This document shows, piece by piece, positions 21,773 through 32,662 of a stretch of DNA of 64,000 bases. The translations under genes were made by a program, and so were the position numbers. The DNA is from an uncultured Phycisphaerales bacterium (GTDB taxonomy: Bacteria > Planctomycetota > Phycisphaerae > Tepidisphaerales > Tepidisphaeraceae), in NCBI GenBank assembly GCA_963755915.1, contig CAVWLP010000002.1:4128001-4192000 (forward strand), read 5' to 3'. Each line of letters starts with the position of its first letter. Position 1 is the stretch's first letter. Under the pieces are notes generated by a model. The model did not search any database. It had not been told where the DNA came from and saw only the letters and a list, made by a program, of their open reading frames with translations.

Positions 21773-22894
21773 ATGCACCGGATGCGGTTGAAAGGTTTCA
21801 CACTCGTCGAACTTCTTGTTGTAATTGGGATTATAGCAGTTTTGATTGGCATTTTGCTGCCGGCGCTTCAGAGGGCGCGGGAGTCAGCCAATCAAGTCAA
21901 ATGCATGAGCAACCTGCGGTCGATCGGGCAGGGGCTGGCTCAGTATCTGGATGATTACAACCAGTTTTACCCCTTGTCCTATGACTATAACCGCCCACAG
22001 GGTCTGCCCAACACGTCATTGAATATCACGGCCGGGATCGAACAGCCAGCTTACGCACAGTACGGGTATGTGAATTGGTCCAGCTTCGTTTACGGCCGGA
22101 AGGACCTGGGAAATAATTATCCGCAGATGTACTACAGCACGATTGGATGGGAGGCGTTCCAATGTCCCTCCATCAACAATGGAGGGCTGCCTGCGGATGA
22201 TCCGAGCCCTGGGAATCAGGAACCAGACCAGACGAACGGAGATGAAGGGCCGGTTCCCATGGTTCCGCCCGCATACGTCGACTATCAAGCACCACGTATG
22301 GCGTATACAGCGAACGAAGCCATCATGGGCCGGAACAAGTTCGTTCTCGATTTTCAGGGCAATGCGCGTACGTATCAGTGGGTCAGGGCGACGATGATTC
22401 AGCACTCGGCCAATACGATTTTGGTTACGGAATTCAACCAGGATTGGCATGTAGTAAATGATGTCCCCGATAATGGTTCAGGGCCTCCTGTCTGCAAAAG
22501 CCATCGTCCGGTGAACGCCTATGAAGCGATCGTAGGTTTCGGGGCCGCGGGAGCCTATAAGCTGGATCTATACGGTCCGACTGGCTCGGGAGCGCCGGCA
22601 CTAATCCGCGTCGCACCGGAAGATATGATCCCGTATCCGCGCATAAACTCCCCCGCCATGGGTCAGACGGTGACCTCGCTGGATTGGGTGGGGAGAAATC
22701 ACGGCAGCTTCAAGCTTGGAACAGTCAAAGCGCCGGATGGGACAGTGATCCAAGGCTGGGACTTGCGCACGACAAATTTTCTCTACTGCGACGGCCACGT
22801 GGAGAATAAGAACATTATCGATACGTTCTCACCCTGGCAGTGGGGCGATTACATGTACAGCCTGGTGCCAGGGAAAGACATAAAAATTCAGTGA
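21773..22894 (+). CDS. Prepilin-type N-terminal cleavage/methylation protein (DUF1559-like, H-X9-DG-type C-terminus)
   Basis: [55 protein letters not shown]. Confidence 0.9.
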   Translation: MHRMRLKGFTLVELLVVIGIIAVLIGILLPALQRARESANQVKCMSNLRSIGQGLAQYLDDYNQFYPLSYDYNRPQGLPNTSLNITAGIEQPAYAQYGYVNWSSFVYGRKDLGNNYPQMYYSTIGWEAFQCPSINNGGLPADDPSPGNQEPDQTNGDEGPVPMVPPAYVDYQAPRMAYTANEAIMGRNKFVLDFQGNARTYQWVRATMIQHSANTILVTEFNQDWHVVNDVPDNGSGPPVCKSHRPVNAYEAIVGFGAAGAYKLDLYGPTGSGAPALIRVAPEDMIPYPRINSPAMGQTVTSLDWVGRNHGSFKLGTVKAPDGTVIQGWDLRTTNFLYCDGHVENKNIIDTFSPWQWGDYMYSLVPGKDIKIQ

Positions 22895-23035
22895 TCGATG
22901 TTGATCAGTGGGAGTGATTCGTCGGAGGCGCACGCCTCCGCGGACAGGGATCGTCTTGCCTTAAAAAACGCCATGAGGCGGCACGATCAGGCACAGTTCC
23001 CCACAAACCGGGGACATACCAGAGAGGAGAAAGCA

Positions 23036-26000
23036 ATGCGTTCAAATCGTTCGAAGACAATTCGTTGCCAAATGATGGCTGCCGCGGCGGTGGCAGGATT
23101 GAGCGTCGTTTCCAGCGCTTTGGCCCAGTCGGATGTCGGGTCTAACCAGGTGGTCATATCTGTCGCCGGATCGACTGCCCTCAAAAATTGGCTGGTCTCC
23201 AAGACCACCACTTTCACAGACGTTCAACCAGGCAGCACGCTATCGATCGATGGCACCACCTATCCCCCGGGGGGACGAGCTACTGGACGAATGGCGTGGG
23301 ATACCAGCTTGCGCCTTCCAACAACGCCAGCAATTCCTCCACCGTGTTTGGAGCCACCAATCAGCTTCAATTCATCTATCATGAATCCGGATCGGTCGAA
23401 GGAATTCTGGAATTGGCCAACGACCAGATTTACACGAACTCCGATTATGCGGCTTCAAACGCCAACGGCTCGACCGACATTCCCTCGACCTCGGTTCCGT
23501 ATGTAACTGCAAACGTTGACCGAAATCCCGACAGCGGCAATGCGGTTTGGCTCAACTACAACCAGATCGGCAACAGCGGCACGACGGGAGGAACGGCATG
23601 GACCCCCTCGGGTGGGGCGACGGTCGGCTCGACCGGTTTGACTCTGGGGAACTTTTACGGCAGCGGCATAGGCCAGGGCTCCGGGTGGACCGCGGGAAAC
23701 GCCAATAATCCGACCCCCACTTTTAACCAGCAGGGCGTAAACGCGAACGGTGGCCAGAATGCTGTCCAGGTTGCGATGTCCGACGCCATACCGCAGCAGG
23801 TGTTTGCGAATAACTATGGGAATACTTCCAATACTTACACCCCCGCGGGCAGCAGCAGCGCGGTCACGGTGAACGGTACTGCCGATTCGTCGTGGAACGC
23901 GAATCCGCTCGACCTTGGATATGGTTCGGGAAATTCAGCCCTGGCGAGCGGATCGCTGGGAACGGCGGGATCCAAGGCGGTTTACCAATCGCCCAGTTAT
24001 CTTAACATGCCCGCGAACGCCCAAAATCCGCGAGCAGCTGCGGGGACAACCTTTGGCGTTGGGGCGTGGAACAACGCAACGAATGGCGGCTTGGGAAATC
24101 TGAACAGCCAGTTGACTGCGGTCACCGCGACGGCGTTCGTCTCCAATCCCGGTACCGGGCTTGCAGAGCTGAATCGCACCGACTCCGATTGGCTGGAAAT
24201 GAACGGCCGGCTTTCCAACGGCGCTACATTTAATATGACGACGCGCGATGTGAACTCCGGCACCCGCGACGTTTCGGCGCTGGACACCGGCGTCGATCCA
24301 ACCTGGGCGTCGGGTAAGGATGACAACGGCAACGGCAACCTCGCCAACGGTGCAACGAACACCGGATTCAGCCAGACCTCAATCGGTCCGGATATGCGGT
24401 TCTCGAACAAGACCGCCGGTGGCGCCCAGTTGCGTCCGACCGTGCAGGACAACCGCATGGCCGTGGGAACGCTGTCGATCAATGACGCGGGCGGCAATGA
24501 CTTGCAGACCAAGGCGAATGCCCTCCAGGTGCTGTCGTACGCGGACACCGCTTCGGGCTATTCGAATGCTGTCAGCCCCAACTACCAGACGATCAGCAAC
24601 GGCACTTACGTCATTTACCAGAACGAGCAGGTGGTGACCCTCAAAACGCCCGGCGCGGATTATGGAAGCGAGGGTGTGACCACCAACAGCAACGGTGCCG
24701 AGATCCTTAATGGCCCGGTCCAGGGCGATGATGCCGATGGAGATGTGGTCGCTCTGCTCAACAACACGTCGGAATCGGTGGCGTCGGGAACAAATCCGAC
24801 CTCTCCCGCCGATCCCGCGGATGGCCTGGAACAGCAGGGCTATCTGGTTCCAACGCTCATGGCGGTCGAAAAGAACTTCAACGGCCAGGGATTGATTCAG
24901 GAAAATGGAGCGGTCGATCAGGGAAATATCGTCAGCCAGACGAATCCCAGCTACAACGCCGCTGCTTTCGCCGCGTATTCCCAGGCCGGGGGTTATGGGC
25001 AGACTGCACTGCCCGTGCTTGGAACGGTGACCACCGGTACCGGCAGCACCTACGGCGGCGCCGGAAGCAGCCAGGCTTTGGGCGCGGGTGTCATCAATGG
25101 CGACACCAACAGCAGCTCGACCGGGATTGGCATCGACTCGACCAACTACATCTTCGGCAACTTCAATCAGAACGGCATCCGTGACTTCTCCGCGGTCAAA
25201 TCCGCGGTGGCCGCGGATCAGGCGCTGATCGGGGCTGACATCACCGCCGGCGCCACCGTGCCCGGCAGCGAGTTCACCGCCACCGCCGATGGCGACGCCA
25301 GCGGAACCAGCGGCCTGGTCAACTCCACGCTGATCGCCTACACCTCCCAGGACGGTCCGCAGAGCCTGCAAAAGGGCGATCTCATCGTCATGGGCGACTA
25401 CAACGGCGACGGGCACTTCGACGGCGCCGATCTCGTCGCCATGGCCGAAGGCGTTGCCCTTTCCGACAACTCCTCCGTCGCCACGCTGACAAACAGCGCA
25501 ACCATGTATCAGACCGGCGTTCTGGATAAGAACCAGGCGTTTGATTACGTGAATTCGACCATCGGAGACATCACGCCGGCCGATCAGTACATCCGTAAAA
25601 CCGGCGCTGCCGTACTTGAGGGGACTGCGATCCCCGCCGGCGCCACGCCCGTCTACGTTCCCGGCAGCTCGTCAGTCGTGCAGACAGATCCGATCGCGAC
25701 GGCCGAGCAGGGAACGAACGTCTATGAATACAGCTACGATCCGACCGGCGTGAATACATTCAACAAGAGCGACGTGAACCGCGACGGCACCATCGACTTC
25801 AACGACGCCGTCATCGTCGATAACGACAACGGCCAGGATTATACCAGCCTCGCGGACCAGACTGCGGCGACCATCCAGTCGCCCGTGACAGGAACGCCCG
25901 AGCCGTTCAACCTGGTCATGGCCAAGCAGAGCGACGGTTCGTCGGTGATCGGCGCCAGCGACGTTTCGGTGGTCAACACCCAACTCACCGGCACCGGAAC

Positions 26001-26886
26001 CACGAACTGGTATGGCTATAACCTCCAGAAGAATGGCCCGAGCACGATTACCTGGGAACGCACCGGTGGCCAGGTTAACGTCTATCCCAACGCCAGCTTC
26101 GAAATTTCCAGCGGAACGGTCCAGGTCGGCAGTCCATCGGTTTCGGGCACGATCGATCCCTTCAGCGGGACCGGGCCGACGGCGGGGAATCACGTCTCTG
26201 TGACGCTCGATCATGGCGGGCAGTTGGTGCTGGCTTCCGATCCGGTCACCTACACCGTCGGCGGCTTGTCCATCGATCCGACGACCGGCAGTGCCATGGA
26301 CCTCGGCGACAACACCGTCATCGTCAACAGCGCGTCGATCTCCACGATCCGGGGATATCTCATCGCCGGATACAACGGCGGAAGCTGGAACGGCCCGGGA
26401 ATCTTCTCCTCCGCGGTCGCTTCCCAAAATGCTTTGGGCGGCTTCCAGTACGGCATCGGCTGGGCAAGCGGTAGCGACGGGACAAACGCCGTCTCCACCC
26501 TCTCCAGCGGTCAGGTTGAATTGAGGTACACGCTGCTTGGCGATGCCAATCTCGACGGTACCGTCAACGGCTCCGACTTCAGCATCCTCGCCGCGAATTT
26601 CGGCCTCGGCGTCACCAACTGGGACCAGGGAAATTTCCTCTATGGCTCGTCGGTCAACGGCTCCGACTTCAGCGCCCTCGCCGCCAACTTCGGGCAGGGC
26701 GACAGCTATCCCGGCGTTGCCGGGAGTTCATCGGAGGTAACTCCGGCGGATATTGCCGCACTGGACGCATTCGCGGCAGCGAATGGTTTGACCATACCGA
26801 CGGTCGCGGCGGTTCCGGAACCGGCCACGATTTCAGTCGTAGCGCTGGCGGGAGCAGGTCTGCTCGCGCGGCGGCGACGCAGGTAG
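23036..26886 (+). CDS. Large PEP-CTERM surface protein with PstS/PBP-like N-terminal region and dockerin-like modules (frameshift at C5/G6 run ~23264-23274)
   Basis: Signal peptide, ISVAGSTAL, GDYNGDGHFDGADL, GDANLDGTVNGSDF, VPEPAT-TM-RRRR. Confidence 0.85.
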
Positions 26887-26914
26887 GGGAGATCGCATAG
26901 CCGCCAAGACCGCC

Positions 26915-26950
26915 AGAAGCCCTCGGCGCCATGCCGGGGGCTTCTTTCTT
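26915..26950. terminator. Intrinsic terminator between convergent genes
   Basis: AGAAGCCCTCGGC-loop-GCCGGGGGCTTCT followed by TTCTT. Confidence 0.7.
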
Positions 26951-26973
26951 GAAAGAAAAGGGCGGGGTCGAAA

Positions 26974-29265
26974 TCAGTTCCCGTCAATTGCGTCGCCATA
27001 GACGATGCCTCGGCCATTGGTGCCGAGGTAAACTCGGCCGAAGATTCTGGGGTCGCCGGTAATGGAGTGGGGCCAGCCGTAGCCGTGGGCGTCGTCGTTG
27101 ATGCGAACCCAGGATTTGCCCGAATCGGTGGAACGGAAGACGCCGTAGATGCTCTGGATTTCGCCGCTGAGATAGATCGTCGGGTTGGTCTGGTTCGGGG
27201 CGGGGGCGCCAAAGCCGACGGCGTTAGCTTGCTGGATTTGCGGCCAGAGGACGAAATGATGGCCGGTGTCGGTGGAATAGAGGAGGCCTTCGTCTTCAGC
27301 GGGGAGAAAGATAATATCTCCAGACGGCAAGACGGGCAGAACGCGCAGCCGGCTGACGGGGTGCGGAAGATTGTTGGCCGTTTGGGTGAAAGATTTGCCG
27401 GCATCGGTGCTGACGAAGAACCGGCCGCCGGCTTGTTCGATGGCGTAGAAACGGGTCGCGTCCGCCCGATCGGAGACGATCATGACGTTTTCCGGCAGGC
27501 CGCGACAAATCTTCCAGGTTTTACCGCCGTCGGTCGTGAGATAGGCGGTCGATTGATCGGGGGCCCAGAGGATGGTGGAAGCATCCGCGGAGATAGCAAC
27601 GTCGCCGCCGCGGGAGTCGGGCGCGGGGAGCGACGCGAATGGGGTCCAGGTGGCCCCGATGTCCGTGGAGATCGCGCCGGTGGGAGTTGCATGAGATGTG
27701 TCGGCATACCCGACGCGGACGAAAACATTCGGCTTCTTTGCGGCTTCGTCAATTCCCGTGGTGGTGCTGAAGATAGGGTTGGAGAACATTCCAGCCGGCG
27801 GGGAAACGTTCAAATCGTCGTGCCGGAACCCGCCGAGATCGCCCAGGGCGCTGATGAGACGCGGACCGGTGGGGGGGCTGATCAGATCGATCACGGCAGT
27901 TTGCTCAATCCCGCGCGCGGCGACCGACCATCGCACAACTGGCTGCGGCTTATCCGAAGCGGAATCCATCGCGGCAATGTCGTCGGTGCCCCAGACGGTT
28001 GCGCCGGTCACGTAAAGGACGTGGTTGGAATCAAACGGGTCGATTTCGACGCTACCGATCCACCAGCCGAACCGTGGCTGCGGGTTGCCCCATTTGAGGA
28101 ACGGAGAGAGGGACGGATCGAGCGTTGACCAGGCGCTGACCGATTTCCAGCTTCGGCCGCCGTCGGTGGAACGGAAAATGTCGTCGCCGGGCATCCAGCG
28201 GTCGAGGGTGCCGACCATGACCGTGCGCGGGTGCTGCGCATCGACACAAAGGCCGGCGTAGCCAAAGGCTTCGGCGGACGTCGGTTTTTCCGGCGTAATG
28301 TCGGTCCAGGTTTCGGCCGCGGGGTCATAGCGGTAGACCGCGCCGTTTTTGACGTTGTTGGGGCCGGGGGCGTTGGAGTAGCTGATATAGATCTGGCCAT
28401 CGGGGGCGAGGACGATGTGCTGGGGCATCAGGCGATTTTCTCCCACGCTTTTTCCTCCCGCCCCCGGTACTCCGGGGGAGGGCAGGGGAGGGGGTTGGCC
28501 CGCCAAGGACGTCCACGTTTTCCCCCCATCCCCGCTACGATAAATGCAGTGCGGCCCATCCTCCACGGCCGCATAAATCCCCGGTGTGGGTTTACCAGCT
28601 CTTCCGCTTCGCGCATCAAACAGAACTTCGCCAATACCAATCCCGCCCGGCGATCCGCGCACCGGAAAGCTGACGACCTGCGACCAACTCGCCCCGCGAT
28701 CGCGGCTGCTCCACAGCCCGTTGTGACGTGACCCGAAGAAGAGAATTCTTCCGTCGTGCGGATCGACGGCAAGACGTTCGCCCATCGAGCGACCGTCCTC
28801 GTTGCCCCCCATCTTGAACGGCATGTCCACGGATTTCCAGGTCCGGCCCTGATCGCTGGACCGAAGCATCCGGCTCCCGCTCGACCATTGGTTGGTGTAG
28901 GTTCCGGCGGCAAGATAGACGCGATTGAAATCGGAGGGATCGACCGCAAGGCTTTCAATCCCGTAGTTGTTCCAGTCCGCGATGCCGGAAAAATCGAGCA
29001 GCGGGATCCAGATCTTTTGACTGGCATCCCAGCGATAGGCGCCGCCCATGTCCGCCCGGGCGTAGGCCAGCCCGGCCTTTGCGGGATCGAATTCGATTCC
29101 CGGCATGAACCCCCCGGCGACGATGGCGACGCTCCGCCAGGCGTAAGGCTGGGATGACGCGGGAGGAGACGGCGCGTCGGCGCAAGCGCGATTGGCGCGG
29201 AATGGAAAGACCGCTGCCAAAAGCGCAATTATGCCAGAGAAAATCAGGGCTGATCGGGTTCGCAT
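26974..29265 (-). CDS. GH74 xyloglucanase-like glycoside hydrolase, secreted
   Basis: Signal peptide; YARADMGGAYRW and SALGDLGGF catalytic Asp motifs; GGNEDGRSMGERLAVDP; GRVYLGTNGRGIVYGD. Confidence 0.92.
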   Translation of the reverse strand: MRTRSALIFSGIIALLAAVFPFRANRACADAPSPPASSQPYAWRSVAIVAGGFMPGIEFDPAKAGLAYARADMGGAYRWDASQKIWIPLLDFSGIADWNNYGIESLAVDPSDFNRVYLAAGTYTNQWSSGSRMLRSSDQGRTWKSVDMPFKMGGNEDGRSMGERLAVDPHDGRILFFGSRHNGLWSSRDRGASWSQVVSFPVRGSPGGIGIGEVLFDARSGRAGKPTPGIYAAVEDGPHCIYRSGDGGKTWTSLAGQPPPLPSPGVPGAGGKSVGENRLMPQHIVLAPDGQIYISYSNAPGPNNVKNGAVYRYDPAAETWTDITPEKPTSAEAFGYAGLCVDAQHPRTVMVGTLDRWMPGDDIFRSTDGGRSWKSVSAWSTLDPSLSPFLKWGNPQPRFGWWIGSVEIDPFDSNHVLYVTGATVWGTDDIAAMDSASDKPQPVVRWSVAARGIEQTAVIDLISPPTGPRLISALGDLGGFRHDDLNVSPPAGMFSNPIFSTTTGIDEAAKKPNVFVRVGYADTSHATPTGAISTDIGATWTPFASLPAPDSRGGDVAISADASTILWAPDQSTAYLTTDGGKTWKICRGLPENVMIVSDRADATRFYAIEQAGGRFFVSTDAGKSFTQTANNLPHPVSRLRVLPVLPSGDIIFLPAEDEGLLYSTDTGHHFVLWPQIQQANAVGFGAPAPNQTNPTIYLSGEIQSIYGVFRSTDSGKSWVRINDDAHGYGWPHSITGDPRIFGRVYLGTNGRGIVYGDAIDGN

Positions 29266-29406
29266 CGTTGTTGAATCCGCTCGATCAGCTCATTCCGCAA
29301 TGACCAGATCCGAGCGGAATTGAAATGACCCGGTTGCTGCAACCGAAAGCGGATGTCCCAGTGCAGTAAACCGGCAAAGCCATCGAGATTCAGTCTCCAT
29401 GAATGA

Positions 29407-30888
29407 TTATATCCCCCGGAATGTCGCCAATGCCTCGCGCACCGAAGCGGCACGGTCCGCCCGACCGGCGATCTGCCGCTTGTGCTCTCGCCAGCGATGC
29501 CACTCCTCATCGCTCGGCTGATACACCCGCTCATAGGGAACCGCCATCCCAACAAGCAAGGCCAGATGTCCGTCCAACCCAAACAGATTGTTCTCCCTCA
29601 ACATTACGCCCCGCGGCAGGCGGCTCGGACCGTGCACCCGATAGAAATCCACCAGCTCTGTCACCCCATGCAGGGGAACATTCGCGCGGCAATGGTTCCA
29701 AAACGGCGTCTCGACGCGCGCATTGAAGCGGTAGTGCATCGCCAAAAAATTCCGCGTGTCGTCCCAGTTCTCCGTCATGAACCGGTTGTGCAGCCCGCGC
29801 ATCGATTCGGTCATCATCAGTTCACAGTCGATAAGGTTTTGCACCATCGCCCGGCACTGCACCGCCAGGAGCATCAGCGCTGTCGCCTCCAGCGGCTCCA
29901 CGAATCCCCCGGCGTTGCCAAGTGCGACCACGTTTCCCACCCATAGACGCCTCCGGCGCCCCGTCCGAAAGCGCACCAGGAAGGATTCGCCCATCGTCTT
30001 GTTTTTTCTTCGGAATTCCGCTTCTGCTTCGTCATCCGAGACAAAACGCGAGCAATACACGTAGCCTCGATTGCTGCGATCATCGTGGTCGATTCGCCAG
30101 CACCACCCGTTGTCGTACGTTTCAGCCGTTGTGAACGGATCGATCGTTTCCCCCGCTTCGTAGCCGCGTGACGCAACCACTGCGCGGTCGCAAAGCAATG
30201 CATCGGAATAGTCGATAAACGGCTCATGAAGCGCCCGGCCGATCAATTCCCCCGCGAACCCAGACGCGTCCACATACAAATCGGCGGACATCCGCTTGCC
30301 CGACTTGAGGTCGATGTGAGAAATGGTCTCGCCGTTTGACGCCGCACATTCCAGCGTGTCGTCGATCAATTCAATACCCAACTCAGTCGCCTGCCATTCC
30401 AGGAATTCTACCAGCTTCACATTTTCGATGTGGTATGCAGGCACAAGGGCGTCCGTGCGCATCCGTCCGCTGGCGTCTATCGGGAAGATCTTTCGGCGCG
30501 ACATCATCGCCGATGTCAGATTGACGTCGTCGAAATCTTCCCCGCAGTAATATCCATTCGATCGAGCCAGGTCCGGCCATTGCCTGTCGACCTGCGTCGC
30601 GAACGTATAATTGAATTCACTTCTTCGCCCCCACAAAAACCGGATCCCCAGCTTCCATGTCGGTCTCACCCGCTCAAAAAAAATCTGCTGCGAAAGCCCC
30701 AGAACCTGGTGCAAAAACCACGGAAGGGTCGGCGTGGTGCTCTCCCCCACTCGAATCACCCCAATTTGCCGGCTCCGTACTACCTTCACCTCCGAGGCCG
30801 CAAACCCCTGCTTCAGCGAAATCGCCGCCAGCAGGCCTGCCGTCCCACCGCCCAGCACCAGGCTTTTGAATGTTTGCGGATTAAGCAT
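29407..30888 (-). CDS. Flavin-dependent (tryptophan halogenase family) halogenase
   Basis: GGGTAG, VGESTTP, TWKLGIRF (catalytic Lys), GWCWRI, GFVEPLEAT. Confidence 0.9.
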   Translation of the reverse strand: MLNPQTFKSLVLGGGTAGLLAAISLKQGFAASEVKVVRSRQIGVIRVGESTTPTLPWFLHQVLGLSQQIFFERVRPTWKLGIRFLWGRRSEFNYTFATQVDRQWPDLARSNGYYCGEDFDDVNLTSAMMSRRKIFPIDASGRMRTDALVPAYHIENVKLVEFLEWQATELGIELIDDTLECAASNGETISHIDLKSGKRMSADLYVDASGFAGELIGRALHEPFIDYSDALLCDRAVVASRGYEAGETIDPFTTAETYDNGWCWRIDHDDRSNRGYVYCSRFVSDDEAEAEFRRKNKTMGESFLVRFRTGRRRRLWVGNVVALGNAGGFVEPLEATALMLLAVQCRAMVQNLIDCELMMTESMRGLHNRFMTENWDDTRNFLAMHYRFNARVETPFWNHCRANVPLHGVTELVDFYRVHGPSRLPRGVMLRENNLFGLDGHLALLVGMAVPYERVYQPSDEEWHRWREHKRQIAGRADRAASVREALATFRGI

Positions 30889-30993
30889 ACATCCTCCGCG
30901 CCTCAGCCTCGCAACCGCCCCACGTCATCGGCGTGTTCCCGATTGAAAAAACGGCCTTTCGCGCGCCGAAATGGGTTGGGCGGAGCCACAAGA

Positions 30994-31518
30994 TCAATCC
31001 GGAATGACCAAATCTGACGAACTGTCGGCATGGGCGGAGATGCCCGTATTCATGATTTGAGCGCCATCCTGTGAGTCTTGCAACGCCCACTTATTGCCTG
31101 GGCCGGGAAGCTTTACCTCGACGCCGTTGGAGTTCAAGTCGCGATCCGAAAACAAGGCGACGGTTCCAGGGCTCTTGCCCTGTCGGCCTGCGTCGGCGAT
31201 GGCGTCGTCCAGGCGTTTTTTGGCTGAATCCGTGTACCGCATCAAGTATGCACAGTAGGTCTGATTCCCCTGGTCGTAGGAATAGATGATAGCGCGTACC
31301 GCCGTGGCGCCGTTTTCATCAAAAGGCGGCGTGCTGTAAACGGAGTCCATAAACCACGTCTTGCCATCATCGGTGGTGAAAAAAGTCTTGTCGCCTTTGA
31401 TCTTGTGTTGCGGCAACTGGGTGTAAACCAGTATCGCCACGGCCAAAGCCAGGAAGGCAATTCCGATTCCAATCCCAATGGATTTTTTGGGGGCGTTGAG
31501 GGCTTCGCGAACCGACAT
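30994..31518 (-). CDS. Single-TM hypothetical protein
   Basis: N-terminal TM; FFTTDDGKTWF..PPFD..G..AVRA; directly downstream of the prepilin-like gene. Confidence 0.7.
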   Translation of the reverse strand: MSVREALNAPKKSIGIGIGIAFLALAVAILVYTQLPQHKIKGDKTFFTTDDGKTWFMDSVYSTPPFDENGATAVRAIIYSYDQGNQTYCAYLMRYTDSAKKRLDDAIADAGRQGKSPGTVALFSDRDLNSNGVEVKLPGPGNKWALQDSQDGAQIMNTGISAHADSSSDLVIPD

Positions 31519-31588
31519 TAGAACCGCTCCCAGGGAGAATTGTGCGAAGCCGGCGATACTTCTCGGCCAGTTTCAAGGTCGAAATTCG

Positions 31589-32635
31589 TCAGTCGGTCCC
31601 ATCAGGGTAGTGGACGTAGGCACAAAGCATCTTCGCCGTGACTTGGCCGATCGCGTAAGGCGTGACATGGCCATCCATGAACAGGATATTGCATGTAGTG
31701 TTATTCAAATGTCTGAACCGCATTTCGCATTGATACTGTCCGCCACCATCCGACGTGCCCCAGGTGGGGTTAGTGAAATCGACGTTGTCGTATTTTTCTC
31801 CCGCGAGTGTTGCTCCGTTTGGAATCAAACTGCTGGTAATGGAGCCATCGGTCGGATTCCCTCCACCAAGCAGGATGCGTCGTCCGTAGCCAGTGTAGAG
31901 GTGGAACCAGGGCGTAGGATATGAAAAACCTGACGAGGTGCTCTGAGGATAGTCGTTTGTCCAATCTTCCATTGATAAATTCAGCGGATAGAGGTTGGCG
32001 CCGATCACGCCGCCTTGCTGGAGATTCACGGCGTTGTCCCAAGCCATCGCCACTTCACTGGATCGCTTGATGGTTGGGGCGCTGTGCGGGGCAGCAAAGG
32101 TGTCCTTATAGTTTGGCAGCGGGTTCGCTGGGGGATTGGTCGGTGCAAGCCAGTTATATACCATGGCGTTATCCGCGAAGATTCGGCTGTTGGCGATGTA
32201 GTCGCAGGAGTGGAGCATGCGAGAACCCAATGCACTGACCTCAGGGTCCCATAGTGCGTGCGAGGTATCGGTGACCTGATAAATATCGCTGCCCGCGGCA
32301 GTATTAAGGGATTGCCCCGCCATCTGACTGAACGTGTCAACCCACTCGTAATAGTAATACGCGGCTGTTTTCCCGCCGGGCTGCACCTCGTTTGTTCCCA
32401 GCGGCAGGATACCGTTGTTCTCGGCTACGTATTCGTTCACCCACTGCCCGATGTTGCGCAGGTTGGAGGCGCAGGCAATCAGATTCGCCTGTTGGCGAGC
32501 CTTTTGCAGTGCGGGCAGGAGGATGGAGATGAGCAGGGCGATGATCCCGATCACCACCAGCAACTCGACGAGCGTAAATCCGCAGCGAGATTGCCGAGGC
32601 CCCGTCTCGCGTGAGTTTCGAATTTGTTGAAACAT
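31589..32635 (-). CDS. Prepilin-type N-terminal cleavage/methylation protein (DUF1559-like, H-X9-DG)
   Basis: [60 protein letters not shown]. Confidence 0.92.
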   Translation of the reverse strand: MFQQIRNSRETGPRQSRCGFTLVELLVVIGIIALLISILLPALQKARQQANLIACASNLRNIGQWVNEYVAENNGILPLGTNEVQPGGKTAAYYYYEWVDTFSQMAGQSLNTAAGSDIYQVTDTSHALWDPEVSALGSRMLHSCDYIANSRIFADNAMVYNWLAPTNPPANPLPNYKDTFAAPHSAPTIKRSSEVAMAWDNAVNLQQGGVIGANLYPLNLSMEDWTNDYPQSTSSGFSYPTPWFHLYTGYGRRILLGGGNPTDGSITSSLIPNGATLAGEKYDNVDFTNPTWGTSDGGGQYQCEMRFRHLNNTTCNILFMDGHVTPYAIGQVTAKMLCAYVHYPDGTD

Positions 32636-32662
32636 GCCGCTATTGACCTCCCAATCGGTTCG

